A stretch of 64,000 nt of DNA. Source: Abditibacterium sp. Its GTDB lineage: Bacteria > Armatimonadota > Abditibacteriia > Abditibacteriales > Abditibacteriaceae. Where the stretch lies: assembly GCA_965246885.1 (NCBI GenBank), contig OZ251992.1, positions 3,104,001-3,168,000 of the forward strand, given 5' to 3'. Both the position numbers and the translations under genes were made by a program. How positions within the stretch are numbered: the first letter of the stretch is position 1; each line of letters begins with the position of its first letter. Positions 36,683 to 50,002 of the stretch are shown here, piece by piece. The notes under the pieces were generated by a model, which searched no databases, was not told the DNA's origin, and worked only from the letters and a program-made list of their open reading frames with translations.

Positions 36683-36787
36683 AGCGAATGAATTCGCAGC
36701 CAGCAAAGTCGTCGGCCTTCGCCGACGTAGAACTTGCCACCCCGTCGGCGAAGGCCGACGACTTTGCTGGCTGCGAATTCATTCGCT
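36683..36787. repeat. Perfect 45-bp inverted repeat with 15-nt loop (REPIN/MITE-like)
   Basis: 36683-36727 is the exact reverse complement of 36743-36787. Confidence 0.92.
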
Positions 36788-36825
36788 GAAACATCTTCCA
36801 ATCAACACCCGACCCATCCATTCTC

Positions 36826-40158
<3,333 letters not shown>

Positions 40159-40178
40159 AAACTCGCGGCAGGAGGCCG

Positions 40179-42389
40179 CTACTTTTGCGGCTCTACGACC
40201 AGTAAGGTCACGGCGCGCGGGCGCAGGCTCACGTTCATCTGGCCGTTCACAACGGGCGGCGCGGGGACGGTTTCCAATTCGGCATGCGCCACGCCTGCAT
40301 CGCGCGCGTTGGAGTGCGCATCATCCACGAGATACTGCGTCACTTTAAACCGCTTGTTGCCCATCGCGGGGAGTTTGACCGTCACAACGGGCGAGGAATC
40401 CTTACGATAGCTCCAATGCGACAGCAAAATGGTGAGGCGCCCCGTCTTGTCGCGCGAAGCGATTTGCCAAACGCCCGGCACGCCGTCATACGTCGTTGCC
40501 ACCACTTGCGGCGCCATGCGGTTCCACATCCGAAAGACGTTCATGTTCGCCCAAGGGTAGGTGGGCGCGACCAAACCGGACGAGTCCCAGCCCGTCGCTT
40601 CGACGGGCGCGACTGGATTGGTGAAGATGGACAGCTTCACGCCCGCTTGCTGCATCTCAATCAGGCTGGCGCCCACAAACGCGGCATGGAAGTCGTTGGT
40701 ATGGTAGTGCTGCTGGCTAAACGGCGCGTAGCCGGTGCCATCCAAGTTGTTGCCCTGCCACGTCCACTCGCCGTTGATGAGCGCAGGCACTTTGGGCAAG
40801 CCATACTGCTTCGCCCAGACCGCGTTCTGGGTGTTGGCATGCGAGAACTCGGTCAACTCGCCCAGATAGTAGTGCCACGAGATGAAGTCAAGGGGCAGCT
40901 TGTTCGCGGCGCAGTACTTGATGAGACCCTCGTTCCAGTCGGCTTTATACTCCCCCGTCTCCGGCCCGCCCACTTGTAAAGAGGCGTCCACCCCCTTGAC
41001 GGCGCGGGCGCACGCATCGTAGACCTTGAGGTAGTCCTCCAACTTGGCCGAAAAGAAACCGGGGCCGTCCGGCTCATTCCAGACCCCCCAATACGGCACG
41101 CGGTCGCCGCGCTCCTTGACAACATGGTGCACCAAGTCCCCCACGAGGGCGCCAAAGGCCGCCATGTCGTTGGGCACTTCCGGCGTGAAGCCCGACCAGC
41201 CCGACCGGGCTTCGGGGTTTTTCAGATAGTCCGCGTTAAAAGGCGGCGTTTTGCCGCCCAAGATTTCCGGCGTCGAGTCAATCGAGATATACGGCATGAC
41301 GCCCAGCTTCTTGTAGTAGTCGAACGTCCGGTCTACCACCGTCCAATCGTATGCGTATTTGCCCGACGCGCCCGCCGCCGGATGCGCGGCATCGGGGGCG
41401 CCCGCTTTGATGGGCGTGGCGGTGAGCATCTTATCGGTTCGCATGACGCGCAGGATACCTTGGCCCATCTTCGCCGTTTTGTCGTCGGTGTAGTAGTGCA
41501 ACCCGCCGAGCAGATGCTGCTCGATGGCGACCCCCGTCTCCTGCCCCGAAACCGTCAGGGTATTTGGCGTGGCAATGTTGGCCGCCCGTTCGCCGAGAAC
41601 GCGCGCGCGGCGCGAAATGCGCAGGTCGGACACCGTCAACCCGTTACTTCCCCGTCCGATTGCCCCGCCGATGCACAGCCCGTCTCCCCTTCCTGCATCC
41701 GACCAAATGCGCGGCGCGGGAATCCCTTTCGCTTCGTCCGACAACGCGCCGTCCACATAAAAGCGCAGCGTCCCGTTCTTGAAGGTCGTGGCGATGTTGT
41801 GCCACTCGTTCGCCGCCCAAGGGTGCGCTTGCAGACTGTATTCCAAGCGCTGACTCACGGGCGTGGGGGCTTGGTTGTGGCGAAAATCCATCGTCAGCTT
41901 GTGGTAGGCGAACTCGTATTGCAACCACACAGCGCTATGCTCGTTGAGAATGGCGAGCGGCATTTTGCCGTTGAGGGTGTCCGCAGGGACATCGCTTTTC
42001 ACCCAGTATTCGACTGTCCACTCGTCGGGGGAAATGAGGCCTGTTGCGGGCGTCCAAGCGTAGCCGTAGTCGCCCGTGATGGACTTATAGCCGCGCCGGA
42101 ACTTGCCGTCCACAACCGCGACTTTGTCGCTCAGCTTAAAGCCCGCGTTGACGTTGCCCGCCATCAGGCCACCTTCACCCGGTTTCCACTTCGCTTCCTC
42201 GTCGGCGTCGAGCAAAAACAGCGTGTCCGCCTCGCGCTCCTGCTTTTCGAGCGGGTTCCAAGGCGCGCTTTGGGCCGTTGCGGTGGAAGCGGTCTGCGGC
42301 ATGCCAAAGGGCTTGGGTGCCGCGCTTCCACAACCGGCGGTGAGACACAAAACGCCCATCGAGAGGGCCAGAAAGGAGGAGTTTTTCAT
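40179..42389 (-). CDS. Lipoprotein with LamG-like domain + GH39-like glycoside hydrolase
   Basis: Lipobox LTAGC; WTVEYW, WHNIA, FYVDG (LamG); WNEPD acid/base, VGGP, DFISWHYY, NGEW nucleophile. Confidence 0.8.
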   Translation of the reverse strand: MKNSSFLALSMGVLCLTAGCGSAAPKPFGMPQTASTATAQSAPWNPLEKQEREADTLFLLDADEEAKWKPGEGGLMAGNVNAGFKLSDKVAVVDGKFRRGYKSITGDYGYAWTPATGLISPDEWTVEYWVKSDVPADTLNGKMPLAILNEHSAVWLQYEFAYHKLTMDFRHNQAPTPVSQRLEYSLQAHPWAANEWHNIATTFKNGTLRFYVDGALSDEAKGIPAPRIWSDAGRGDGLCIGGAIGRGSNGLTVSDLRISRRARVLGERAANIATPNTLTVSGQETGVAIEQHLLGGLHYYTDDKTAKMGQGILRVMRTDKMLTATPIKAGAPDAAHPAAGASGKYAYDWTVVDRTFDYYKKLGVMPYISIDSTPEILGGKTPPFNADYLKNPEARSGWSGFTPEVPNDMAAFGALVGDLVHHVVKERGDRVPYWGVWNEPDGPGFFSAKLEDYLKVYDACARAVKGVDASLQVGGPETGEYKADWNEGLIKYCAANKLPLDFISWHYYLGELTEFSHANTQNAVWAKQYGLPKVPALINGEWTWQGNNLDGTGYAPFSQQHYHTNDFHAAFVGASLIEMQQAGVKLSIFTNPVAPVEATGWDSSGLVAPTYPWANMNVFRMWNRMAPQVVATTYDGVPGVWQIASRDKTGRLTILLSHWSYRKDSSPVVTVKLPAMGNKRFKVTQYLVDDAHSNARDAGVAHAELETVPAPPVVNGQMNVSLRPRAVTLLVVEPQK

Positions 42390-42475
42390 AGTTCAGAGGT
42401 AAGCCAGAGAAAGTAAGACCGCATCCTGTCGCGGAGGTGGCGCAGCTTTCTTCCCGCCGTAGTCTCGAACTGTTC

Positions 42476-42517
42476 CGCCGCCCTCTGGGAATCAGTCGCC
42501 GCCCTCTGGGAATCAGT
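42476..42517. repeat. 21-bp tandem repeat, two perfect units
   Basis: CGCCGCCCTCTGGGAATCAGT x2, overlapping the glycosyltransferase stop codon. Confidence 0.8.
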
Positions 42518-43754
42518 CACCGATGGCGGGGAAGCGGGGAGAGACGACGCTTTCCAACCGCGCGACGACGCGGGCGCAGTTGCGGCGGGCATCGCACAGG
42601 TCGAGGGCGCGCGCATGCAAGCCGCGCCCCAATTGCGCGCGAAAATCGGCGTCGCGGCCCCACGACGCGAGGGTGCGGCCCATCGCGGCAGTGTCGCCCC
42701 ACCCGACAACGGCGCCGCCGGTTTGTCCGACGAGTTCTTCGGCGCCACCCGCTCCGCCAAAGCACGCGACCGGCACGCCCTGCGCGCCCGCTTCGACGGC
42801 CACAAGGGGAAAGGGGTCTTCGCGCGAGGATAAACAGAAGGCGTCCAACCCCGCGAAGAACCGCTTTGGCTCGGCGGACGCGGGCAAAAAGTGCACGCGC
42901 CCGTCCAAGCCATAGCCTTCGACGTCGCGCTTCAAGGCGCGCGCCCAAGCGTCCTCGCCGCCGCCGAGCCAAACGAAGTGCATTGGTGCAGGCGATTTGC
43001 GCGCGTTGGGCGCGACGCCAAGGGCGTAAAAGGCGCTTTGCACCCACCAATCGGCGCCCTTACGATGCTCGACAGTGCCGCATCCGCCCACTAAAACGGC
43101 GTCATCGGGCGCCCCGATGCGCGCCCTTAACTGGCGCCGCGCTTCGTCTTTATCGGTTTCAAGCGCCGCAAAGTCGAGCCACTCATAAACCACTTCTATC
43201 CGCTCCGGCGCGACGCCCCCCCCGACTAACTCGCGCCGCACCGCGTCGGAGGCCGCGAAGAAAAAGTCGCCGCGCGCCCGCAAAAAATCCCATCCGGGTT
43301 GGTTTTGACTCAAGGCGAAGGCTAACTCGTGAACGTGAACCACCAACTTCGCGCCGCGCCGCAGGAGCGGTTCCAAACCGCGCACCGCCGCGCCCGACGC
43401 GGCGGAGTTGGCATACACGATGTCGAAGCGCCCCAACCCGCGCGCAATGGCGTGGGCGCGGCGCGCGTTGACGCGAACGGCTCCGCTCAACAGCCGCTCC
43501 ACAAGGGCGCGGCGCGGGAAATCAACCTCGCCCAACCGCCGCGACGCGCCCGCCAACTGGGTGGCGCGACGCAACGGTGTGGCGTGTGCAAAGGGCGCGG
43601 CGAAGCGGGCGAACTCGTCGTCCAACGGCCCGCGCCGGGCGGTTAAGATGGTGCTTTGATGCGGCGTTTCCGTCTGGATGAAGCGCAGCAATTGGAGCAA
43701 TACCCCCGCCGCCCCACCGCGACTGGCGGCGTGACTCACGAACAAAATGTTCAT
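42513..43754 (-). CDS. Glycosyltransferase family 4
   Basis: MNILFVSH...GGA, HVHE, RKG.D, SREDPFPLVAVEA...GVPV. Confidence 0.9.
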   Translation of the reverse strand: MNILFVSHAASRGGAAGVLLQLLRFIQTETPHQSTILTARRGPLDDEFARFAAPFAHATPLRRATQLAGASRRLGEVDFPRRALVERLLSGAVRVNARRAHAIARGLGRFDIVYANSAASGAAVRGLEPLLRRGAKLVVHVHELAFALSQNQPGWDFLRARGDFFFAASDAVRRELVGGGVAPERIEVVYEWLDFAALETDKDEARRQLRARIGAPDDAVLVGGCGTVEHRKGADWWVQSAFYALGVAPNARKSPAPMHFVWLGGGEDAWARALKRDVEGYGLDGRVHFLPASAEPKRFFAGLDAFCLSSREDPFPLVAVEAGAQGVPVACFGGAGGAEELVGQTGGAVVGWGDTAAMGRTLASWGRDADFRAQLGRGLHARALDLCDARRNCARVVARLESVVSPRFPAIGD

Positions 43755-43830
43755 GCTCCCAGTTTCAACAGAAGCGGCGCGGCAGCGCACTTGGGAATGC
43801 CCCGCGCCGCCTTGGTATCCTTATTCGCTC

Positions 43831-44559
43831 ATGGTTTTACCGAACGGTGCGTTCGATGCGCTGATGTGGGGGCTGCTGTTTGGCGCGGCCCTGTTGGACG
43901 GCGCGGCTCCGGTTACGCAGGGGTTCGTGTCGCTGCTTTTAGTTGTCGGCGCGACGTATTGGGCGGCGCAGGAGTTGGCGGAGTTCTTGACGCGGCGCTT
44001 GGGCTGGTCACAGGAATCGCTCGCTACGTCGCTTTCGACGTGTGCCGCCATTTTTCTGTATTTCGTGGCGCGCAACTCGTCGGATTTTTCGTTGCTGGTG
44101 CTGTCCATCGCGCTGATGATGGGGTCGCTGATGGTGACCATCTCCTTTTTGTCCGCCGTCGGGCTGCTGGTGCGCGAAGGGCGCGGCGCGGCGTTGGTGG
44201 GCTGGGTGGTGACGGCGGTGCTCAGCATCGTTTTAGGGGGCGCGGCGGGCGTTGCAGCGATTTTGCTGGGGCAGTCGAGCACGCCGCTTCCGCAGAAGAT
44301 GGGCGTTCTGGTGGGGGCCTTGGTGCTGTGGAAAGTGCGTGAATATCTCGCGCCGCCCCCCGCCAACCCCAACGCGACGACGCCCGCGCGTCCGGCGCTC
44401 TTCCCACAGCGCGGCACGTTGCTGGATAGGCTCATTCCGGTCGCCATTTTGGGTGCGCTGCTCGCGTTGGGCGTGCGTGGAACTTTGTCGCTCAACTCCC
44501 TCAACCAGCCCGCCGTCGCGTCGCAAAGCCAGACGGCGGCACCGGGAAGCGCCCGGTGA
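43831..44559 (+). CDS. Hypothetical multi-pass membrane protein
   Basis: About 7-8 hydrophobic segments; stop overlaps the dxr start (GTGA). Confidence 0.7.
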   Translation: MVLPNGAFDALMWGLLFGAALLDGAAPVTQGFVSLLLVVGATYWAAQELAEFLTRRLGWSQESLATSLSTCAAIFLYFVARNSSDFSLLVLSIALMMGSLMVTISFLSAVGLLVREGRGAALVGWVVTAVLSIVLGGAAGVAAILLGQSSTPLPQKMGVLVGALVLWKVREYLAPPPANPNATTPARPALFPQRGTLLDRLIPVAILGALLALGVRGTLSLNSLNQPAVASQSQTAAPGSAR

Positions 44560-45731
44560 CGCGGGTTTCCCTGCTTGGCTCGACCGGCTCGATTGGCACG
44601 CAGGCCCTTGAGGTGGCCCGCGCGTGTCCGGGCGAGTTCGAGATAGTCGCGCTCGCGGCGGGGTCGAATGTCGAGTTACTGGCGCGGCAAGTCATGGAGT
44701 GGAAGCCGCGCATGGCCGTCCTGTTCGACGCGACCAAGTGGCCGGTTTTTCAGGATTTGGTCGGCTCGACGCAAACGCAGTTAGTCGTGGGGATGGACGG
44801 CCTGCTCGAAGCGGCGGCGCTCCCCGAAGCCGACTTGGTGCTGGGCGCGATGTTAGGAGCGGCGGGGTTACGCCCGACGCTGGCCGCCATTGAAGCGGGG
44901 AAAGACGTAGCCATTGCCAATAAAGAGACGCTGGTTGCGGGAGGGCAGGTCGTGATGAGCGCGGCCAGACGGCACGGCGTGCGCTTGTGGCCGGTCGATT
45001 CCGAACACTGTGCCCTCGCCCAGTGTTTGCTCGGCGAAGACCCGGCGACGGTGCGGACGCTTTCCATCACCGCGTCGGGCGGCCCATTTTGGAACAGGAC
45101 GCGCGAAGAGATAGGGGCCGCCCGTCCGGAAGAAGCGCTCCGACATCCGACGTGGACTATGGGCCGCAAGATAACCATTGACTCGGCGACACTGGTGAAC
45201 AAGGGCTTGGAGATGATCGAGGCGCACCATCTGTTCGGCATCCCGATGGAGCAAATCGAGGTGGTGGTGCACCGGCAAAGCATCGTCCATTCGTTCGTGA
45301 CGTTCTCGGACGGGAGCGTGAAAGCGCAACTGGGCCAACCGGACATGAAGCTGCCCATCCAGTGGGGCATGGCGCGCGGACGGCGCGGGGCGCGGGTGGC
45401 GCCGGAGCTTCCGCTCGCAAAGCTGGGCACGCTAACATTTGAGGCGCCCGACGATGCGCGCTTTCCTTCGATTCCGCTCGCGCGCGCGGCAATGCGACTG
45501 GGTGGCCTCGCGCCGTGCGTGTTCAACGCGGCCAACGAAGTGGCGGTCGAAGCGTATTTGGCGAATTCGACGCATTTCTACGGAATTACCGACTGCATCG
45601 CGGCGACTTTGGAACGGTTGCCATCAGCCGCGCGTCCGGGCGAAGTCCTTCGCCTCGACGAGGTGTTAGAAGCCGACGCATGGGCACGCCAAACGGCGCT
45701 TTCCTTGCTTTCAAGTCATCCCGTCTCATGA
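44556..45731 (+). CDS. dxr: 1-deoxy-D-xylulose 5-phosphate reductoisomerase
   Basis: LGSTGSIG, ANKETLV, PVDSEH, TASGGPF, HPTWTMGRKITIDSATLVNKGLE, NAANE. Confidence 0.97.
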   Translation: MTRVSLLGSTGSIGTQALEVARACPGEFEIVALAAGSNVELLARQVMEWKPRMAVLFDATKWPVFQDLVGSTQTQLVVGMDGLLEAAALPEADLVLGAMLGAAGLRPTLAAIEAGKDVAIANKETLVAGGQVVMSAARRHGVRLWPVDSEHCALAQCLLGEDPATVRTLSITASGGPFWNRTREEIGAARPEEALRHPTWTMGRKITIDSATLVNKGLEMIEAHHLFGIPMEQIEVVVHRQSIVHSFVTFSDGSVKAQLGQPDMKLPIQWGMARGRRGARVAPELPLAKLGTLTFEAPDDARFPSIPLARAAMRLGGLAPCVFNAANEVAVEAYLANSTHFYGITDCIAATLERLPSAARPGEVLRLDEVLEADAWARQTALSLLSSHPVS

Positions 45732-46999
45732 CATCCCACAATCTGGCGCCCGCAGACGCGCCGCCCCCCGCCGCACCCCCGCCCGACGAACGCAAAAGCG
45801 GATTACTGGAATTGGGCATCGCGCTCCTGCTTGCCGTCGTGTTCGCCGTTGCGTTTCCGGCCCTTTTCAAGACCGTCGCCATCTTCGTCGTGACTCTGGG
45901 CGTGTTGGTCTTTGTCCACGAGTGGGGCCACTTCCAGTTCGCGCGCTGGGCGGGCCTCAAAGTGAACCGCTTCGCGCTCGGCTTTCCGCCCTTCATTTAT
46001 ACCAAGCCGTACAAGGGCATCAACTATTCTATCGGCGCGCTTCCCATTGGCGGCATGGTGGACATCGCGGGCTTGGGCAGCGAAGAAGAGATGGTGTCCG
46101 AGGCACGTGGGCAAGGCGTCGCGCCCGTTCGCAACACGTCCCGTCCGCGCGGGCAGAAGCAGTTCCAAGACGTGAATCTCGGCTGGCGCTTTCTGACGCT
46201 GTTCGCGGGGCCACTGATGAACTTCATCCTTGCCATCGCGCTGTTCGTTGGCGTGTATTCTATCGCTGGACTACCCGACGCCACGCTCCGCGCCAAAGTG
46301 GACGCGCTGTCTCCCGGTCAACCCGCGCTTTTGGCGGGTATTAAAGAAGGCGACGAGATTATCGGCTACGCGGGTAAGAAGACGCCCGACCTCAACGCCG
46401 TCGCCGCCGCAATCAAAAAGAGTAACGCGGCGCCCACCACCATCACCGTCCTGCGCAACGGCAAGACGATTGATCTGCCCATTACCCCCGTCGTGCGCGA
46501 CATTCACGAGGACGGCAAGCCCGTTCCCTCGATTGGCGTCGCGTTTGACATGGAGGCAATCAAGTCGTTTACCTATGAAAAGGTGACTCCCGGCGAAGCC
46601 GTCAAGCTCGGCTTTTTGGAATCGGCGGGTGTGTCCCTCGACATCCTCTATACCATCAAGCGCGCCGTCACGCACAAACTGGCGCCCCAAGAGCAGAAGT
46701 CCATCGGCGGCCCCGTCAAGATAGCGAAAGTGATGAACACCGCCGCTGGTTTCGGATGGCCCATCCTCTTGCGCGTCGCCGCGATGCTGTCCGTTAACCT
46801 CGGTTTGCTCAACCTCATGCCCTTCCCCGCCCTTGACGGCGGGCGGATTTTGTTCTTGGGATACGAATTGGTGATGCGCCGCCCCGTTGATCCGCGCAAA
46901 GAAAGCCTCGTCCATCTCGCCGGAATGGTGATGCTACTCTCGTTTATGCTATTCATCACCCTGCGCGACGTGAACTTTTTACATTTGTTCGGGAAGTAA
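45728..46999 (+). CDS. rseP: RIP metalloprotease RseP (M50 + PDZ)
   Basis: HEWGH, FALGF, PIGG, AGPLMN, PDZ (PA..AGIKEGD), GPV, NLMPFPALDGG. Confidence 0.93.
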   Translation: MTSHNLAPADAPPPAAPPPDERKSGLLELGIALLLAVVFAVAFPALFKTVAIFVVTLGVLVFVHEWGHFQFARWAGLKVNRFALGFPPFIYTKPYKGINYSIGALPIGGMVDIAGLGSEEEMVSEARGQGVAPVRNTSRPRGQKQFQDVNLGWRFLTLFAGPLMNFILAIALFVGVYSIAGLPDATLRAKVDALSPGQPALLAGIKEGDEIIGYAGKKTPDLNAVAAAIKKSNAAPTTITVLRNGKTIDLPITPVVRDIHEDGKPVPSIGVAFDMEAIKSFTYEKVTPGEAVKLGFLESAGVSLDILYTIKRAVTHKLAPQEQKSIGGPVKIAKVMNTAAGFGWPILLRVAAMLSVNLGLLNLMPFPALDGGRILFLGYELVMRRPVDPRKESLVHLAGMVMLLSFMLFITLRDVNFLHLFGK

Positions 47000-47059
47000 T
47001 CCCGAAAAAAGACAGAGCAAACTCGCACGCCCCGCGTCTTAACCGCGCAACCCACGATT

Positions 47060-48172
47060 ATGCAATTTGAAGACTCTCTCGAAATTAAGCGTCGCCCGAC
47101 GCGCAAAGTCAAAGTCGGCAACCTCTGGATGGGCGGCGATGCGCCGATCTCCGTCCAAACGATGGCCAAGACCAAGACCGACGACGTGCGCGCGACGGTC
47201 GAACAGATACTACAGATACAGCAGGCGGGCGCCGACCTTGTCCGCGTCGCGGTGCCCGACGAAGCGGCAGCGCGCGCGCTCAAAGCGATTCGGCTCAACA
47301 TCCAAATTCCGCTTGTCGCCGACATCCACTTCAACGCCAAGTTTGCGATGATCGCCTTGGAAGGTGGCATTGACAAGCTGCGCCTGAACCCCGGCAACAT
47401 CCGCAACGAAGCGAAAATCCGCGACATCGTGCGCGCCGCCAAGGAGCGCTCCGTTCCCATCCGCATCGGCGTCAACGCGGGTTCTCTCGACCCCGACATC
47501 AAGGAGCGTTACGGCATGACGCCGCGCGCCATTGTCGAATCGGCCAAGCGCGAACTCTCCTACTTCGACAAAGAAGGCTTTGAGGACGTGGTCATCTCGC
47601 TCAAAGCGAGCGACGTGCGCACAACGGTCGCCGCCTATCGCTTGGCGGCGCTCGAATTGGGCGATTATCCGCTCCATTTGGGCGTAACGGAAGCGGGTAT
47701 CACGCGCATTGGAACCGTGAAATCGGCGATGGGCATCGGCGCGCTTCTGATGGAAGGCTTGGGCGCAACGCTGCGCGTGTCGCTGTCGGGCGATTCGGTT
47801 GAGGAAGTGAAGATTGGTTGGGACATGCTGTCGGGCCTCGAACTGCGGCGGCGCGGGCCGAACGTTATCTCTTGTCCCTCTTGCGGGCGCTGCGATATAG
47901 ACGTGGTGCCCCTCGCCATCGCGGTGAACGAGGCCATTGCGGACATCAAAGCCCCAGTTTCCATCGCCGTCATGGGCTGCGAGGTCAACGGCCCCGGCGA
48001 AGCCAAAGCCGCCGACTACGGCGTGGCAGGCGGGGACGGCTTCGCGCTCATCTTCAAGAAGGGCGAGAAAGTCGCCCGCGTTTCGACCGAAAACCAACTC
48101 CAAGCGCTGATGGACGTTATCCACGCCGACTTGGGCGAAGCCGCCACGCGCGAAGTAGCGGAAGTCGAGTAG
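47060..48172 (+). CDS. ispG: 4-hydroxy-3-methylbut-2-en-1-yl diphosphate synthase
   Basis: PLVADIHF, RLNPGNI, RIGVNAGSL, PLHLGVTEAG, CPSCGRC, MGCEVNGPGE. Confidence 0.97.
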   Translation: MQFEDSLEIKRRPTRKVKVGNLWMGGDAPISVQTMAKTKTDDVRATVEQILQIQQAGADLVRVAVPDEAAARALKAIRLNIQIPLVADIHFNAKFAMIALEGGIDKLRLNPGNIRNEAKIRDIVRAAKERSVPIRIGVNAGSLDPDIKERYGMTPRAIVESAKRELSYFDKEGFEDVVISLKASDVRTTVAAYRLAALELGDYPLHLGVTEAGITRIGTVKSAMGIGALLMEGLGATLRVSLSGDSVEEVKIGWDMLSGLELRRRGPNVISCPSCGRCDIDVVPLAIAVNEAIADIKAPVSIAVMGCEVNGPGEAKAADYGVAGGDGFALIFKKGEKVARVSTENQLQALMDVIHADLGEAATREVAEVE

Positions 48173-48249
48173 ACCGGATGAGCCATGACCCTCGCCCGTT
48201 CTCCCCGGATTGCGCTTCTCCGTCGGCGCATTCTTGAACACTATCCGTC

Positions 48250-48876
48250 ATGCACCTTCGCAAAGCCCGCAACTCCGATGTCGGACAGATACGCTCGCTC
48301 ATCAACGAGATGGCGGCGCGCACCGATGAAGACCACAAGCATGGCCACATGTTGCCGCGCTCGCTCGTCGAACTGTACGAGCACATCCGCGACTATACGG
48401 TCTTGGCGGACGACGACAACAACGTCCTCGGTTGCTGCGCCTTGCAATCCTCGTGGGACGGCTTGGCGGAACTCAAAGCCTTAGCGGTGGACGACGCGCT
48501 GCAAGGCCAAGGCTGGGGCCGCCGCTTGGTCGAGACCGCCCTGTCGGAAGCGGGCGACTTGGGCATTGACTGTGTGTTCACGCTCACCAACAAGCACCCG
48601 TTCTTCGAGAAGCTGGGCTTCGAGATAATAGACATGCGCAAGCTCCCGCAACGCGTGTGGAGCGAGTGCACCAGTTGCGCGAAGTTTATGGTTGCGTGCG
48701 ACGAAGTGGCGATGACCTATCTGGGCACGGAGCCGCGCCAAACCTTCATCCCCGCCATTGGAGTCAACGCGAGCGCGGCGGCGCAAGCCGCCCTCGGTTT
48801 GGCCCCCGCCCAACGCGGCCCGATGAACATGAACGGCTTCCGCCCGCCCTTCGCGCCGCATGGCAATGGCGAATAA
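48250..48876 (+). CDS. GNAT N-acetyltransferase (short amino-acid acetyltransferase-like)
   Basis: MLPRS..ELYE.IRD, AELKALAV, QGQGWG, FTLT, FFEKLGF, LPQRVWSEC..C....CDE. Confidence 0.85.
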   Translation: MHLRKARNSDVGQIRSLINEMAARTDEDHKHGHMLPRSLVELYEHIRDYTVLADDDNNVLGCCALQSSWDGLAELKALAVDDALQGQGWGRRLVETALSEAGDLGIDCVFTLTNKHPFFEKLGFEIIDMRKLPQRVWSECTSCAKFMVACDEVAMTYLGTEPRQTFIPAIGVNASAAAQAALGLAPAQRGPMNMNGFRPPFAPHGNGE

Positions 48877-48947
48877 CGCACGCGCGAAGTGGCAGTGTGT
48901 CAAGGCAACAAAGGGGAGGTGGGCGCCCTTGTGTTAAACCTTTCTTC

Positions 48948-49784
48948 ATGTTCGCCCCCGTTTTGTTCGAGTCTCACTGCCACACTCCCCTGTGTGGCCA
49001 TGCTGTTGGGAAGCCAGTTGAATACGCGCGGGTGGCGTTGGAGCGGGGGTTGGCGGGCATCAACTTTACCGATCATGGGCCGAACCCGAACGGCTGGAGT
49101 CATTGCATGGCGCCCGATGAGTGGCCCGCGTATCTGGCGATGATTGAGGAGGCGCGGATGGAATACGAGGGGCGGTTAGAAGTGAAAGTTGGGGTCGAGT
49201 GCGACTTTTTGCCGTCTTTGGTAGAGTACTGGCGCGAGTGGTTGCCGACGCAGCAGCTTTCGCACGTGTTGGGGTCGGTTCACCCGCAGGTTGCCGACTA
49301 TCGCGCGCTGTATTGGACGGGGGACGCGCTCGCTTACCAGAAGACCTACTTCAAGCACCTCGCCGACGCCGCCGAAACGGGGCTGTTTGACACGCTCTCC
49401 CACCCCGATTTAGTGAAGAACACGACCCCGCCGGAATGGGACGTGAAGCGGCTGATGCCCCACATCAACCGCCAGTTAGACCGCATCCAGAAGACGGGCG
49501 TGGCGATGGAACTCAACACGTCGGGCACGCTCAAGCGCATCCCCGAAATGAACCCGGCGCCCGCCATCCTGCGTGAAATCGCCGCGCGCGACATCCCCAT
49601 TGTGCTTGGCGCCGATGCGCACGTGCCCGAACGGGTCGCCGACCGCTTCGAGGAAGCGCTGGGCTTGCTCGCCAGTTGCGGCTTCTCGCATGTCTCGTTT
49701 TTCGTGGACAGGAAGCGCCGTGAAGTCTCCATCGAAACCGCGCGGTGCAGCCTGCAAAAAGCGCAACTGGCGCTTTTCGGGTGA
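48948..49784 (+). CDS. PHP-family histidinol-phosphatase (HisJ-like)
   Basis: HCHTPLCGHA, FTDH, GVECD, LGSVH, SHPDLVK, ELNTSG, GADAH. Confidence 0.88.
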   Translation: MFAPVLFESHCHTPLCGHAVGKPVEYARVALERGLAGINFTDHGPNPNGWSHCMAPDEWPAYLAMIEEARMEYEGRLEVKVGVECDFLPSLVEYWREWLPTQQLSHVLGSVHPQVADYRALYWTGDALAYQKTYFKHLADAAETGLFDTLSHPDLVKNTTPPEWDVKRLMPHINRQLDRIQKTGVAMELNTSGTLKRIPEMNPAPAILREIAARDIPIVLGADAHVPERVADRFEEALGLLASCGFSHVSFFVDRKRREVSIETARCSLQKAQLALFG

Positions 49785-49870
49785 AGGGGCGCAGGTGGCA
49801 ACTGCTCGCCTTTGCCACACGCTTCCGCGCTTTCCATCGGCACAAGTAAATAAACTCTTGACGCGCGTGT

Positions 49871-49954
49871 GCCGACGATTCCCGCGACTGCGCCGACGGT
49901 TCCCGCGACTGCGCCGACGGTTCCCGCGACTGCGCGAATCGTCGGCGCGCGTGC
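49871..49954. repeat. 21-bp tandem repeat, three units plus a degenerate fourth
   Basis: GCCGACGRTTCCCGCGACTGC x3 between convergent genes. Confidence 0.85.
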
Positions 49955-50002
49955 GTCGGTTGTTGCCGCATGCCGTTATTTCGCCGGGCGGGGGCGATGC
50001 GT

